Source: Balanoglossus misakiensis (lineage: Eukaryota > Animalia > Hemichordata). From it: a stretch of 64,000 nt of DNA. The DNA lies in assembly GCA_040954595.2 (NCBI GenBank), contig CM082587.2:9491403-9555402 (forward strand), read 5' to 3'. Positions within the stretch are counted from its first letter, which is position 1. Each line of letters begins with the position of its first letter. This document shows positions 38,314 through 53,046 of the stretch, one piece after another. Both the position numbers and the translations under genes were made by a program. The notes beneath the pieces were generated by a model that saw nothing but the letters and a program-made list of their open reading frames with translations, was not told where the DNA came from and searched no databases.

Positions 38314-39801
38314 TAAATGAAACATATGAAGAGAGGCCTATCTTGATTTGACACAAACTTGCAGCCCCCCCCCCTGCCATAAAAACTGAACGGTCCCTAA
38401 ATGAAACATATGAAGAGAGGCCTATCTTGATTAAACACATAAATCTGATATTTTATCATATTATGTAACTCAATATTTTACACTTGACGTATTTTACCAA
38501 TAACGCAATGTTTCCGCGAACCCGTCAGGAGCAACTTTAGCAGAATACATTTCCATGATTTACGTTACATGGTCTTAATTCGGGAGACATTTCTCAATAA
38601 AATCAAAAGTCACAGTTCATATTTTTATAGAACGGTCCAATTTGTCGAGTGCGCAGTGACAAGCCATGCATCGTGCATAGACCACTAAGCGGATAGGGTA
38701 TCTGCAATGCATGATTGTATAATTTGCGTTCAACAGTGCATGGCTAACGCACGCGCTCAGAACGCAAACTGTCCCACAACACCCTGCGTTATGCTATCCG
38801 CGAAGTGGTCCATGGCAGTGACAACAATTCCTATAGAGCAGTTAAGAAATAAACCGGCCGGCCGTAAATTCATTGGCTGTATTTTTTGTATTTATTTGAT
38901 TTGAAAGGTCGCGTTTTCCCTGTTGCATGCTATTAGTGCAGGGCCAGTTTCAGCAGTGCTCTATTGAGTACTTTCGTATCGATGGATTGAGCTCTCGTCC
39001 AATCAGAATGGCGGATGGTAGCATGATCTGACATATTGCGTATTGCAATAGGCCTTCCCCAGATAGGTCAGAACGGAGAGGTCATTCCCCTCAGCTTCTT
39101 TGTCTTTTCTATTATTTTTTGACAAATGCGGATTGACGTTCCATTTCTACATGGCCAGGACTGATATTTATTTACGTTTCATAGCGTAAGCGCTTGCTAT
39201 TCGTTTCGCAATTGGTTTCGTAGTACAAACAAATTGAAGAAGACGAAATATATTATCTATGTCCCTAATGAGATAATCGGTTACATAATCGCACTTCCAA
39301 AGAACGCCGTGACAGAATTCATCAGTTGGCGAGGCGCATTCTCCACCCGCACACAAACGTTGCACTGCATACTTTGACTAATTAGTATGCGAAAGCAAGA
39401 TTCTGATTGAGTAGTAACTAATTTGCATAATTAACGAGCAGGTGCTGCCTCGTTCTCGTACCACTGACCGTTGCATTTGAAAAATCATTGCAGCTTCGAC
39501 GTTCATCAAGCATGGAGGTCCCGGTCGCCTCCATGCTTGATGATATCGTTTCTCTGGTAAGCATGGCATTTACTGTAATTTTACAAGTACATGTACACTC
39601 CTTCTTGCAAAAACTGGTAGTGGTAGGGCGACAGTGTCTTCCCAACATCGAAATTCTGACTTTGGGAAGCGTTACAGCGCCGAACAGTAAACTCACAGTC
39701 GCATGGAATTTATGCGTTGTTTTACACCGTGCGAGTAAATTGTACGTCGTTCGTTGGCTGGAGTCAGCTTTGTCATTGTGGGGCAGGTGGTACCGTTACA
39801 C

Positions 39802-40220
39802 CACAGGGGGCTCTCCCTCCGCGATTTTATTGTTTGTTTGTTTGTTTGTTGTTGTTGTTGATTGGCATAATAAACAAATACATATTTCTTTGTCAATAAA
39901 TATGGTTTGTTGACATGTAAGGGTTAGGTTATTAGGGTATATTTGACAGGTTATGGTATATTCAACGGTTAGGATGAGTGTTGGCATTTTTGTGATCCAC
40001 GGCCAGCATCACCCTCTCTTTGTGGCTTAGTGATGCCCCGGGCCGTGGATGGAAAAAAGTGCCAACACTAATGCTAACCGTTGAATATTCCCTAACACTT
40101 ACATGTCAACAAACCATATTTATTAAAAAAGAAATATGTATTTGTTTATAATGCCAATCATCATCAACAACAACAAACAAACAAACAAACAATAAAATCG
40201 CGGAGGGAGAGCCCCCTGTG
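39802..40220. mobile_element. Fold-back (almost fully palindromic) P-like MITE
   Basis: CACAGGGGGCTCTCCCTCCGCG...CGCGGAGGGAGAGCCCCCTGTG with ~200-bp arms; imperfect 7-bp TSD GTTACAC/GTAACAC. Confidence 0.75.
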
Positions 40221-43200
40221 GTAACACACTACAGTATAACTTTTAAGGCAAAGCGATAGCGAATAAACTGACCAGAATTAGTTTTGTTGTTGGGGAGATT
40301 TTTGGCACCATCGAGACTGTTATAAGCTACCAGTGTCAGCTATGACATAGCTGTTAACACGCAGCCCTGCCAGGCAGAGCTACTATGACTGGTTACTAAC
40401 TTCTTATGTCTATTTGATTCACAGATGCTGCCTGAAACTGTCTGCGTTTCAACTCGAGATTCTCTTCCTCGTCCGAGGCGAGTTTAAGACCGCTCAATGG
40501 TAAGCATGACTTGCTATATATTTGCTTTTATCACGCGTTGCAAACGGTACAATAGGAAGCAGTGTATGTCTACGAACTAATTTACACATTCCAGCTTTTA
40601 ATACTTGTTTTTTCCCCTTCGAATTCTAGCCTTGATTGCCTGTGATATGGTAGTGATGACATGAATTAAATGGACAACTCACATGTTCAAATCTTCACAT
40701 GGAGCATAAAATAAATTTGGATGCATTTCCTTAACCATATAGCTAAAATTACTCCCATACCAATACACAGGGAGATACTGTAGCTTTGGCTGAACATGCG
40801 CTAGTCCAACACCATGCTTAATCAAACTGGCTAAGAGATCTATTATCATATTAGACGCATGAAGGACAGTAATGTTGTTTAAAGTGACATAAAACAATAA
40901 TTTAGGCCAGAAAGAAAAATGTAAATTATGACACAAACAGGCTGGATATTTTTTCTGACCCTATATTATACCATGTTTTGCATATTTTCACTATTAAGTA
41001 TTGCCCACATAATTCTAAAGCATGGTTGATTGGTTACTTATTAATATACATATATTTGATTCACAGTCTTAAACACAGCATTTCAACGTATGCCGGAGGA
41101 GGGAGAGAATACCTAGGCCTGATCCAAGACCGCTTTCCGGTAAGCGCAACTTGCTGTATACATGCTCCATAGCTTGTTTGTAAAGGCTACCTTTTCCCAT
41201 CAAACAGTGAAGTCGCCCTTTCAAAATTATGGTGGTGGCAAGCCACAACTGGTTATCATGGAGAGTTGGACACCACTAATATTCATTTGAATATTCTCCA
41301 CTTGGTAACCTTTATGTACCACTATCCTCAACAATTTCAGTCAACAAGATTTATATTTCGCTGTATAGCAAGGCCGAACAAATATGACTGATTGATAGGG
41401 ATTTATCTGAAAATATGACAAAATCAACAAATACAAATACAGAATAATAAGTCACCAAACATGTATCATGTTTTATTCTAGGGAACCTGAGCAGGGTCCC
41501 CTAAACCTGCCAACCCATGCTAGCCATGACTTTACAAATGTTTCCGTCATACTATGCAGAAAATTCTGGCGGCCAATAGGTTTTCACTTTGCCCTAGGGG
41601 GTCAAATCTCATTGCATTCTGGGCGAAAAGTTCACAACCAACTGTAGTAAGAGATAGAAGAAATGATATGTTTACTGTATTTCATGACTTCCTTTGGTCA
41701 AACATGTCTGTCTCTGTAGTCAGCATATTAAACCCATTAAACTGTTTTTCACATTTTGTTATTTTTTTCTGTTAAAAAGTTCCAGAATGACCTATCATCA
41801 CTTTAGCTTATTAACTCCCATTTCTTTAACATGGCAAAAATCGGCCATCTTGAAATTGTCGACCATATAAGATTTTCATCACTCACTTAGGGTAGCTTAA
41901 AACGTATTTCAGGGGAGAATTGTATAGGCATGACTTGGGCTATAAATTTGATGAAATAGCTACATGGCTATTGTTCACAAGCAGCTGACTGTACTGAAAC
42001 ACTGGAAGTGTTGTGTACTTATTTTACATATTCAATATTTGTAATTAGACCATGTCATGTATACATGTATCTTGGGGATTGCTCGATCGCAATGTCTCTG
42101 CTGGTACAATGTCCTTTTATCATGTAATATGGAAGTAATTGTAAGTGTGTGTGGCATTTGTAAATTATTTACAATTTATAAATTATTTCTAAGTTTCTTC
42201 ATTCTCAAATTGCTTGCCCAACTGCATTAAAATTTTGGTATGATTTTGAGTAAGCTTTCTGTTTCAAAATTATTTTCTACACTTTTTGAAATTTTTTGGT
42301 AAAATGATTTTCCATGGAAAATCTGATTTCCCTGTAATTCGGTTGACAGGATTTTCACCAGATCTCTAAATCATGAAGTACATGTATCAGAATTGCATCG
42401 CCCCCCCCCCAAAAAAAAGAAACAAATTTTAGTCACCCTTGGCATGTAATATTAGCCATTGATCTGGGAAAGTTACAAAAATGTGTTGTCCAAGCACGTT
42501 GAAGGTACAAGTGGTTTTTACACTAGCTATGAAGGCATTTTATTAAAATTATTAGGTCCCGTTTGGTATATGTATTTATACCATGGGACCTTACAGGATC
42601 AGTTGCACCTGTATGTATGGATGTCTGTATGGATGTTTGTCTGTATGTCCATCAACATCAAACATTTGGAAACTACTGGCGTGTGACCTTGATATTTAGT
42701 GTGGAGATGCAGGCAGGGCAGTAGGTGGGAGTTTGTCTAAATGAAGTTGTCATTGCCAAAATATGCAAATGAGCTGGGAAAGTGTCAAATTTGTCAAAAC
42801 TCAGGAACTCAAAAACTACTGGGTAAATTGCTTTAAAAATTGAAATTTGATATGCATGTACCTTATGGTAACCTCACACAGCCCTATATGTTGTCAGCTT
42901 ATGTGAATTTCCAATGTTTATGCATTTTTTGTCTCCACATTATCGGTAAAAAATCTACTTTTCTGGAATTGATCAGCTGACTTGTTTGAAATTTAGTATG
43001 AAGCTTCGCAGGTGATCTGAGTTACCATAGTTTTGATTAAAGTGTTAAATTTGTGTATTTTAATTTTGTAGCAATTTTTAGGTCCCATGGCATTTGGTTT
43101 GTGTATATATATATGTACGATTGGGACCTTATGGAATGACTTGCATCTGTATGTATGGATGAACGGATGAAAACTGCTGCGCATATCACTTCCATATTTA

Positions 43201-46200
43201 GTGTGTAGATGAAGGCGGGGCTGTTGATGGGATTTTGTTCACATGAGGTTGCCATTGCCAAAAGTATTACCTGTGAAAATGTGAAATTGGTCAAAAGTCA
43301 GAAACTCAACAACCACTGGTAAGATTGATCTGAAAACTGGTATCTCAATGAACCCCATACAGTCCTGTATGCTTTGAGCTAATATTATGAATTTTCTAAT
43401 GTTTATTAATTTTTTGTCTTTTTCGACATTGGTAAAAAATCTGCACTTCTGAAAGCGATAGTCCGACTCCTTTGAAATTAAGTATGAAGCTTCCTATAGG
43501 TGGTCCAAGTTTCCATAGTTTTTGCTCAGATTGTTGAAAAATAGGCATATTTATAATTTTGAGCAATTATGCCAATTTTGGTCAGAATGCTTTGTAATTT
43601 GGTAGGCAGATTCCCAGGGATAACCCAAGTAAGATGTCTTAAAAATGGTTAAAACTTCATCTTTGTCGTATTTGGGGATATTTTTTGCAATCTTTGTCAA
43701 AAACTGTTTTCTCTGAAAATGTTCAAACCGTTGTCTGCTTGCTTTGAACTTTGGCAGGAATGTTCCTTGTAGTGATTGAAGTAAGATGGTGTAAAATTAT
43801 AGTGATTTTTGCATATTTGTGTTTTTGCCACTTTTGAACAAATGTGTTTTTCTTTGAAACTGCTTTTTTGATGGCTTTGAAATATGGTAGGAAAATTCCT
43901 AGGGGTAACCCAAATTTTTTTTCTGATTGCTTTAGAAGTTGGTTTACAATTTCATAACACATGTACCTGTATGTGCGACTTTTATTAAAGTCTGGTTTTT
44001 AATATTTAGGTAGTTTTGTTGTAAATTCTTTGTTTTTGGATAGCAAATCTTCTCTTGAACCAATTGCCCAGTTTCTTTGAAAGTTACTGTTAACAAGGTG
44101 AGTTGGTACACCCAACTTAGACTTTTACATCCAACTTAGAGCTACTATGACTGGTTACTAACTTCTAGGTCTATTTGATTCTCAGATGCTGCCTGAGATT
44201 GCCTGCATTTCAACTCAGGATTCTCTTCCTCGTCTGGGGCGAGTTTAAGACCGCTCAATGGTAAGCATGACTTGCTATATATATTTGCTTTTATCGGGCG
44301 TTGCAACCGAAGCAATAGGAAGCAATTTGTATGTCTACGAACTAATTTACACATTCCAGTTATCAATACTTTTTCCCCTTCGAATTCTGGCCTCGATTGC
44401 CTGTGATATGATCATGATGACATGAATTAAATGGTCAAGTTCAAATCTTCATGTGAAGCATAAATTAAATTTGGATGCATTTCCTTAACCATATAGCTAG
44501 AAATTACTCCCATACCAATACACAGGGAGATACCGTAACTTTGGCTGAAAGTGTGCTAGTCCAACACCATGCTTAATCAAACTGGCTAAGAGATCTATTA
44601 TTATGTATAGACACATGAAGGAAAGTAATGTTGTTTAGAGTGAAATAAAACAATACCTTAGGCCGCAAAGAAAAATATAAATCATGACACAAACAGGCTG
44701 GATTTTTTCTTCAACCAGATATTAACTGAATATGCTCACGTGCAGTACTGTGATTGGTTGACAGAATAACAAGATTAGAAAAAACAGTGTTAAACCAATT
44801 TGGTTTATAGTGTATATGGTGTAAGGGTTGTGTGTTGCACCATTGTGAAATGTAAACATGTTTGTGGAATTGTTGCCTTGTCAATTTTTGTAAGGGGTTA
44901 TGAGTCATGTACCCCATCCTGAACTGCATAAAAAGATAAGTCTATGGAATTCTAAAACTCGTTGATCAAAAATGGCAAGAAATATACCAAAAAGTATGAA
45001 TATTTCACCAGATTTCAACAAATCTGATTTCTGTTCATGCCTAAGAACCTCTTTAACAAGTTTCAATAAGGAAGACATTTTGGCAAACAACAGGTAATTC
45101 AGACAAATCTGACTGATATCACATATATGAATTCCCATTCAAAGTTTCCAATCAATTGGACTTGTGGTTTTACTGAAGACTATTTGGCCAAACCCTGCAG
45201 AATTCCCAAAAAATACAATTATGCACATTTCTTTACAATTTGATCATATCTGACTGAGATCACCCCTAGAAACCCAAATACAAAGTATCAAAACAATTGC
45301 ACTTACAGTTTCACGGGATTTGATTTTTTGACAAAAACAGGAAATATTGCCCAAAAATGCATTTTTGCAAATTTCACCACCGTTTGCACAAATGTGATTC
45401 AGGTAAGCCCTATGAACCTCCATACCAAGTTTCCAATCAATTGGACATGTAATATCAGAGAAGAAATTTGTTTAACAAAACTGCAGAAAATTCCCCCAAA
45501 AATTCATAAAAAATAGCAAACGCCAGATACTGACTCCACCTGAACAAAATCATACGAGGTCTTCCCATAGTACTTGCACACCAATGCACGCCAATTTTTA
45601 ACTGAATCTGATCCGCTGTTATTAAGTTTTTCAATTTTGACTATTTGAACATTTTTCCAGTTAATACCAGTATGCATTTTTTTGCAATAACAATTTCTAT
45701 GTACACACTAAATATCAGTAGTTTCAAGTTTTTGATGTTGATGGACATACACATACATACATCAATACATTTAGACGAATCTGATCCATTCGCAAAATAC
45801 ATAATTCTGTATGAGGCACACATACAGACATACATAGACGACGGACACCAACTTATGCTATAAGCTGACATTGATATACATGTTAGCCAAAAACCAAAAT
45901 CAACCTCAAAATAGACATTAAAATATATTGCACCACCATGAGAAGACAAATTCATTCTTCGACAAATTTTCTGGGGCGTCATTGATATAGCATGGCATAT
46001 TGTCAAAGTACGTAGTCTCTGTGATAAGATTCCATACACACAAAATGGTAACCTTGGAAGTCCAGCTGACGTAGTTATGCAATGGCGTCTCGTGTATTCC
46101 GTCGCCAAAAAATCATCGTAAAATTGATAATCGGGGTCACAATTCAAGACGACTTTCTCTAAATTCTTTATGAATGGATTAAATCGAAATCGAAATGTTG

Positions 46201-46980
46201 ACGTATGACGTACGGAATGAGATCTTAACAGACATTCAATGTTATCATTCTCGCTCGATCACATATTGGGTAGGCCATCTAGCAATCGCTATATAGTATT
46301 GGCAATAACAGACTGTCTATAAATTCACAAAACGGATTTTACTGTTGAGTGTGATCAACCGCCACGTTATTTTTCTCTGAACAATAGACAAATAGAAAGC
46401 CTGGTGACATTTTGAGATTGACTGCGTGAGGACCAAAATATGCGTGAATCATTTACGGTTTGTCTTGATGAATGGGTCACGTCATAGTCATAACGCGGAT
46501 TCGGCTGCACGCCAACTATCCGCCATATTGTCTCCACTAACTTACTCGTAAGTAGTTTCAAAATTCATTTGAAAAGAGTATTCGTCTGACGGTCCTGTAG
46601 ATTAACAATTTACGCTCTATGAAGCAACTAAACAACGTTAGCTTCCTTGTGGATTCACGTAGGGAAGTTATTCGTAACGACGGGTACAGCTTCTGAGCAT
46701 GGACAGAACAACGGCAATATCGCCAGGAATGTCTCATTTCACAGCGCCCTCAAACAGTCGATCTCCTCAAACTATCGTTTCCACTGGTCATATATGCGGC
46801 ATTAACGAAAGCTCACATAGACAACCATGTAATAGAAAAATTAAAACTTAAATAACTTCATTAATATCAAAGCCACACCCACCAAAACCTTTTCAGTTCT
46901 TGCCATATGATATCTAAACCTGTGTACTAAATTTGGTTGAAATCGGTTCAGCGGTTCTTGAGATATCGGGTATACAGACA

Positions 46981-46993
46981 GACACACACACAC

Positions 46994-47035
<42 letters not shown>
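46981..47035. repeat. (CA)n microsatellite within a small Helentron-type element (~46805-47080, -)
   Basis: Visible CA run next to the hairpin AGCTCACGTG..CACGTGAGCT+AAAA. Confidence 0.75.
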
Positions 47036-47038
<3 letters not shown>

Positions 47039-50000
47039 TCGCTAAACCATAAGCTCACGTGATTTTCACGTGAGCTAAAAATGTGTGCTTAAGATCACAT
47101 TGGCTGATGGTAACCAAAGCCAGAGAAGCGCAGTTCTGAATTCAAAAAACTCTGATCAGTACCAGAAACTTGCTCAAAGCTACCAAATGCACAAAAAGTT
47201 TTGAGAATCTTTAATTATAAAGATAAAAAATCACCAAGCGACTATTGGGCTTGTCTGTGTTCAATATGTCTTCCCTGGTAACAACATCTACTTCCGCCAC
47301 CATGGCATGAGATATACTGACAGCTTTGTTTGAAACATTTTAGTATACTGATATTCAAAGTTTAAATTTTAAGGCTGATTTTTCTACACTTAAATAAATG
47401 TTTTATAATTGCCAACAATGTACATTCTTATGCTAATCAGTTGTATGAAAAGTGAGATAGATCAAATGCAAGTTTCATTTTCACAACAAACAAAGAAATC
47501 ATTGTACAGTGTTACGTAGATGTCAAAGTGCGTGTACACCTTCTGTCATTTACAGAATCTGATATCATGTCAGTTTCAGTTGTCACCTAATTGCAATGTT
47601 TGGGGTATATACCCATGTGGACCACTTTACTGCAGTACTGATGTAAATGGAGTGTTAAGATCGCTGTTACAGATTTCTTTGATACGTATTCCACTGTTGT
47701 ACATTATCGCAGCACAGTCTGACCGTACATTATACCATGTTTTGCATATTTTCACTAATTAGTATGGCCCACATAATTCTAAAACAAAGTTGATTAGTTA
47801 CTAATTAATATTTGCATATATTTGATTCACAGTCTTAAACACAGCATTTCAACGTATGCCGGAGGAGGAAGAGAATACCTAGGCCTGATCCAAGACCGCT
47901 TTCCGGTAAGCACAACTTGCTGTATACATGCTCCATAGCTTGTTTGTAAATGCTACCTTTTCCCATCAAATAGTGAAGTCGCCCTTTCAAAATTATGGTG
48001 GTGGCAAGCCACAATCGGTTATCATGGAAAGTCCCATAAACTTACCAGCCCACGCTAGCCATGACTTTACAAATGTTTCCTGTCATACTGTGCAGAAAAT
48101 TCTGGCTGCCTTAAATAGGTTTTCACTTTGCACTAGAGGTCAAATCACATTGCATTCTGGGTGAAAAGTCCACAACCCACTGTAGTAAGAGATAGAAGAA
48201 ATGATACATTTTTTGTATTTCATGCTTTGGTCAAACATGTCGTTCTCTTTAGTTAGCATATTAAACTCATTAAACTTTTTCACATTTTGTTATTTTTTCT
48301 GTTAAAAAGTTCAAGAATGACCCATTATCACTTTAGCTTATGAACTCCCATTTCTTTAACATGGCAAAAATCGGCCATCTTGAAATTGTCGACAATATGA
48401 GATTTTCATCACTCACTTAGGGTAGCTTAAAACGTATTTCAGGGGAGAATTGTAGAGGCATGACTTGGGCTGTAAATTTGATGAAATAGCTACATGCCTA
48501 TTGTTCACAAGCAGCTGACTGTACTGAAAGACTGGAAGTGTTGTGTACTTATTTTACATATTCAATATTTGTAATTAGACCATGTCATGTATATCTTGGG
48601 GATTGCTCGATCGCAATGTCTCTGCTGGTACCATGTCCTTTTAACATGTACAGTAATATGGTAGTAATTGTAAGTTTGTGTGCGGCATTTGTAAATTATT
48701 TATAAATTATTTTGTAAATTTCCTCATTCTCAAATTGCTTGCCCAACTGCATTAAACTTTAAATTTTGGTATGATTTTGAGTAGACTTTTTGTTTCAAAA
48801 TTATTTTCGACACTTTTGACATTTTTGGGTGATATGATTTTACATGGAAAATCAGATTTCCCTGTAATTCGGTTGACAGGATTATCACCATATCTCTAAA
48901 TCATGAAGTACATGTATCAGAATTTGCATCAGCCCCCCCCCCCCAATTTTAGTCGCCTTTGGAAAGTAATATTAGCCATTGATCTTGGGAAGTTACACAA
49001 ATGTGTTGTCCAAGGGCGTTGAAGGTACAAGTGTTTTTACACTAGCTATGTAGGCATTTTATCAGAATTGTTAGGTCCCATTTGGTATTTGTATTTATAC
49101 CATGGGACCTTATTGGATCAGTTGCACCTGATGTATGGATGTTTCTTTGTATGTCCGTCAACATCAAACACTTGGAAACCTTGATATTTAGTGTGGAGAT
49201 GCATGCACAGGGGTAGGTAGGAGTTTGTCTAAATGAAGTTGTCATTGCTAAAATATGCAAATTGACTGGAAAAGTGTCTAATTCGTCAACTCTGAAATTC
49301 GACAACTACTGGGCACATTGCTTTCAAAATTGAAAATTGGTATGCATGTACCTTACGTTAACCTCACACAATTCTATATATATCCCTATTGCTACCGGGT
49401 GTCATAACCCGTTAGAGTCTCAAGTCCATATAGATACGTATCATCACTGGAATACGTATTTAGACAGTGTTGGTTTCTTTGATTAGCTGCCATGTGTGTA
49501 TTTAGACAGGGTCGTTTGCCTCAATCTAGCTGTATCCACTGTTTATGATCATCTTGGCCTGATCAAATTACCCAGCAGAGGCGGTTTAGTATGTACTCAG
49601 CTGTTCAAATATTTGACTTTACACAGTCTGATACCAATTCATTTCTCCACAGTCAAGTATGCCCGGGATTCTAGGGGGGTAGGAAAATAACTACGTTTCC
49701 TACTGACTTGGCACTGTTAGGGTTAAGTTGTGAGCTAATAATGTGATTTTTTTTTATGCATTTTTTGTTTCTTTCCACATTAGCGGTAAAAAATCTACTT
49801 TTCTGGAATTGATCAGCTGACTTGTTTGATAATTAGTATGAAGCTTCATAGGTGATCTGTGTTACAAACCTTAGTTTTGTTTAAAATGTTGCCAAAATTT
49901 GGGTATTTATAATTTTGGAGCAATTTTTAGGTCCCATTTGGTTTATGTGCATGTATAGGATTGGGACCCGAGGAATCAGTTGCATTTGTATGTATGAGTG

Positions 50001-51029
50001 AATGGATGAAAACCGCTGCACGTATCACTTCCATTTTTAGTGTGTAGATGCAGGCGGGGCTGTAGATGGGATTTTGTTCAAATGTAGTTGTCATTGTTGA
50101 AAGTATTACCTGTGAAAATGTGAAATTGGTCAAAAGTCAGAAACAAGACAACTACTGGTCAGATTGATCTGAAAACTGGTATGACAATGAACCCATACAG
50201 TCCTGTATGTTTTGAGCTAATATTATGAATTTTCTAATGTTTATTAATTTTTTTTCTTTTTCCACATTATTGGTAAAAAAAAATCTTCACTTCTGAGAGC
50301 GATAGTCTGAATCCTTCGAAATTTAGTATGAGGTTATTATTATATATGCCGGAGTATGATAAGCTGTTGTACATTCATTTGGCGGCCATATTGGATTTAT
50401 TCAAAATATAAAGTGCAAATGTAAACAATTTTTTTTCAAAATTGTTCCAAATGTCATAGAGATAGTTTTGAATAAAAACACTAAAATAGCTTGTCTAATA
50501 CCCAATATACAGCCCAAATATGGGTTTCTATGAATACTGTTCAGCATATTGAATTTATGAAAATTATGAAATCTGCCCATGTCAAATATTATTTCAAGAT
50601 GGTTCTTCATGTACATGAAATATTTTTATACTTTAAAATCATAGAAAAAGTCGTGTTTATTTCTTGATATTTGGCCCCCAAATTTTCAATAGTAAATTTA
50701 TGCAAATTAGAAATATCTCCACAAGGTGGATTTGGGTTCAATTAATCTAGACACCTCTCCAAAAAATATTCTGAAGAAAAAAATTATGTTGCAATTTATG
50801 GTGGGTTAGGTGCCCAAATCTCGTAGATTGACTAGACTAGAAACCGTTGTCAGATTGCTTTAAACTTTGGCAGAAATGTTCCTTGTAGTGATTGAAGTAA
50901 GATGGTGTACAATTATAGTGATTTTTGCATATTTGTGTCTTTGCAACTTTTGAACAAATGTGTTTTTCTTTGAAACTGCTTTTTTGATGGCTTTGAAATT
51001 TGGTAGGAATATTCCTAGGGGTATAACTA

Positions 51030-53046
51030 TTTTTAGGGGACCAAGCGCCCACAGGCGCTTGGTCCCCTTCTGTTATTGCTGGAGTTTTTCTTCTTTCTTC
51101 TTGAGTCGTTTTTTTTGCTCCCGTTTTCCTCTGAAATTCCGGCACCTGCGCCTATGAAGTTTGGCACAGTGATTGGGGCCCATGAGTACTGGTGCACCTG
51201 CCCTTTGAATTTGTAATTATTCACGTGACTTGGTGGCTATAATCGAGCGAAATTTTCAAATTGACCTAATTTGCACGTTAATGGGGGAATGTACATTCTT
51301 TTCGCGATTTTTGTAGACCATTTGGCCAAAATCCCCTGTGCCAAATTTCAAGGTCCTAGGCCACGTCGATTTTGAGAAGAAGATTTTTGTAATATTTTTC
51401 GCATTTTTGGGGGGCTTCGGACTTTGACCGTCATTACGTAATGTTGTGGAGATCTCATTAGCAGGCTACTCACTTCTGGCGGGTTGCAGTAGTCCTTGGA
51501 AAATCGGCTGAAATACGTAAACAGACCAGTGATTATTTTCCACGGAATGAATTTTGGGATAACACATTATCGGAGTTCAGGCTGTGTTAGGGCGTTTTAT
51601 TGAATTACGCTGAGTTTGTTAGCTGTTGCCGTTCAAATGTTTCTATCCAGACCCGCCTACACTGGTTAACATTCAACGTAATGCGGCAGCGGACTTTGAC
51701 CCTCAGTCGCTAATGTGGCCGAAATACGTCAGCAGACCAATGATTTTCTTGCACGAAGGGAGTATGGTACAAGCAATAATCAGAGATCAGGCTTCTTTGC
51801 CGTTCAACAGTTCCTACTTCAGTCGTGACGTTGCAACTGAACGTTCAGTATGGGGGTTGGCCCGCAGGTGGCCGTGGGGGTTATCAGGTCGCCCGTAATG
51901 ACACGCAGCTTCATGCAGCTGTATGGGACCAAAATAATACGCCCGATTCGGGGGTCACCTGTGACACCTGCGTAACTCAATTATGTGCATGCGTAATTGT
52001 GGGGTCAATGAAAGGGATACTAGTGTGGTATTTGTTGCAAATGGATCAATATGAAGTCCGATTTTCCTGTCAAGTTATGGGTGATCTTATGTGACATTTC
52101 ACCTACTTTTGCTTAGTGAGCATCCACAGCAGATGCATGCATCTTTGGTGTGGGGGGGGGGCATACACGGATGGGACCATAAAGATATACCAAAGGCGGG
52201 GTCACCTGTTGCACCTGCCTAAGTCATTGATTTTGTACATTTAATTGGACACTAACCAACAGGGCAATAGGTGTGGTTTTCGTTCCACAGGGACGAATGT
52301 AAGTGTCAGTTTGTTTTTGCCCAAATGTATAAGTTGATTTGGATGACCTCTGTTGAACAGTGCCATATCTCAGCCCGTTGTACAAGTGCAGCTTTGGTAT
52401 TCGGAGCGAAACTATCATGAAATGCCATATACAGGGGATACCTGCGACACCTGCTTGATTCATGTATTACGTGCGTACCTAATGGTAGGCAAAGTGAAAG
52501 GGCTGCAAATGTAGGATTTGTTGCACATGACATAAACAGGAATGAAAATTTTTTGTCAAATTTTTGGGTGACCTCAGGTGTCCATTGACCTGCTTTCCAT
52601 ATGTTAGCATGCACATCATATATAGCCAGGTGTTTGGAGGGGTAGGGTAGGACCCTCTGCGTCATGAAATGCTAAATTCCTGGGGCCACCTGTAACTTAC
52701 TTGCGTAACTCATTATTATGGCCATATCTAATTTGACAAACCCAAACAGCGAGGATTTTCCGTTGTCTTGAATATGAACCAAATAAGAATCCTAATTTTT
52801 GGCCCAATTTTTGGGTACCCTCAGCTGACCTTTGAAGTAACTGAAGTACTTACAACGTAGAAGTTCACCTTTGGTTGTTGTGTTTGTACTTGTAAGACAT
52901 CTATTTCGGGTGGTTGCCTACTTCCCCATATCTCCACATCCAGAGCAAATACAGCCTACGCATTTGAATGGTACAACCCTGAATGGAGTCTAATGGTTAT
53001 TAACTCTATGCTTGGGCCCCTTCAACGCTGCTTGTAGCTTTAATTT
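51030..53046 (+). mobile_element. Helentron-type non-autonomous element (family B-related) with an empty paralogous site
   Basis: 5' GGGGACCAAGCGCC..GGCGCTTGGTCCCC; 3' GCTTGGGCCCC..GCTGCTTGTAGC tttaattt; absent from the paralogous T run at 43915-43922. Confidence 0.85.

Noticed and set aside
40653-40792. Possible C/D-box snoRNA (RTGATGA...CTGA) downstream of A-type exons, also near 44415 and 55489
   Set aside because: No terminal stem or recognisable rRNA guide was seen, and the D box is not evident in the third copy; it needs snoscan to be supported.
45641-46147. 168-aa minus-strand ORF
   Set aside because: It crosses repeat-derived sequence (inverted family A-like fragment and microsatellite) and has no recognisable motif.
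40425-47905. Protein-coding reading of the duplicated micro-exons
   Set aside because: Only one A-B join stays open, the B-A join hits a stop, and differences between copies are largely amino-acid changing.
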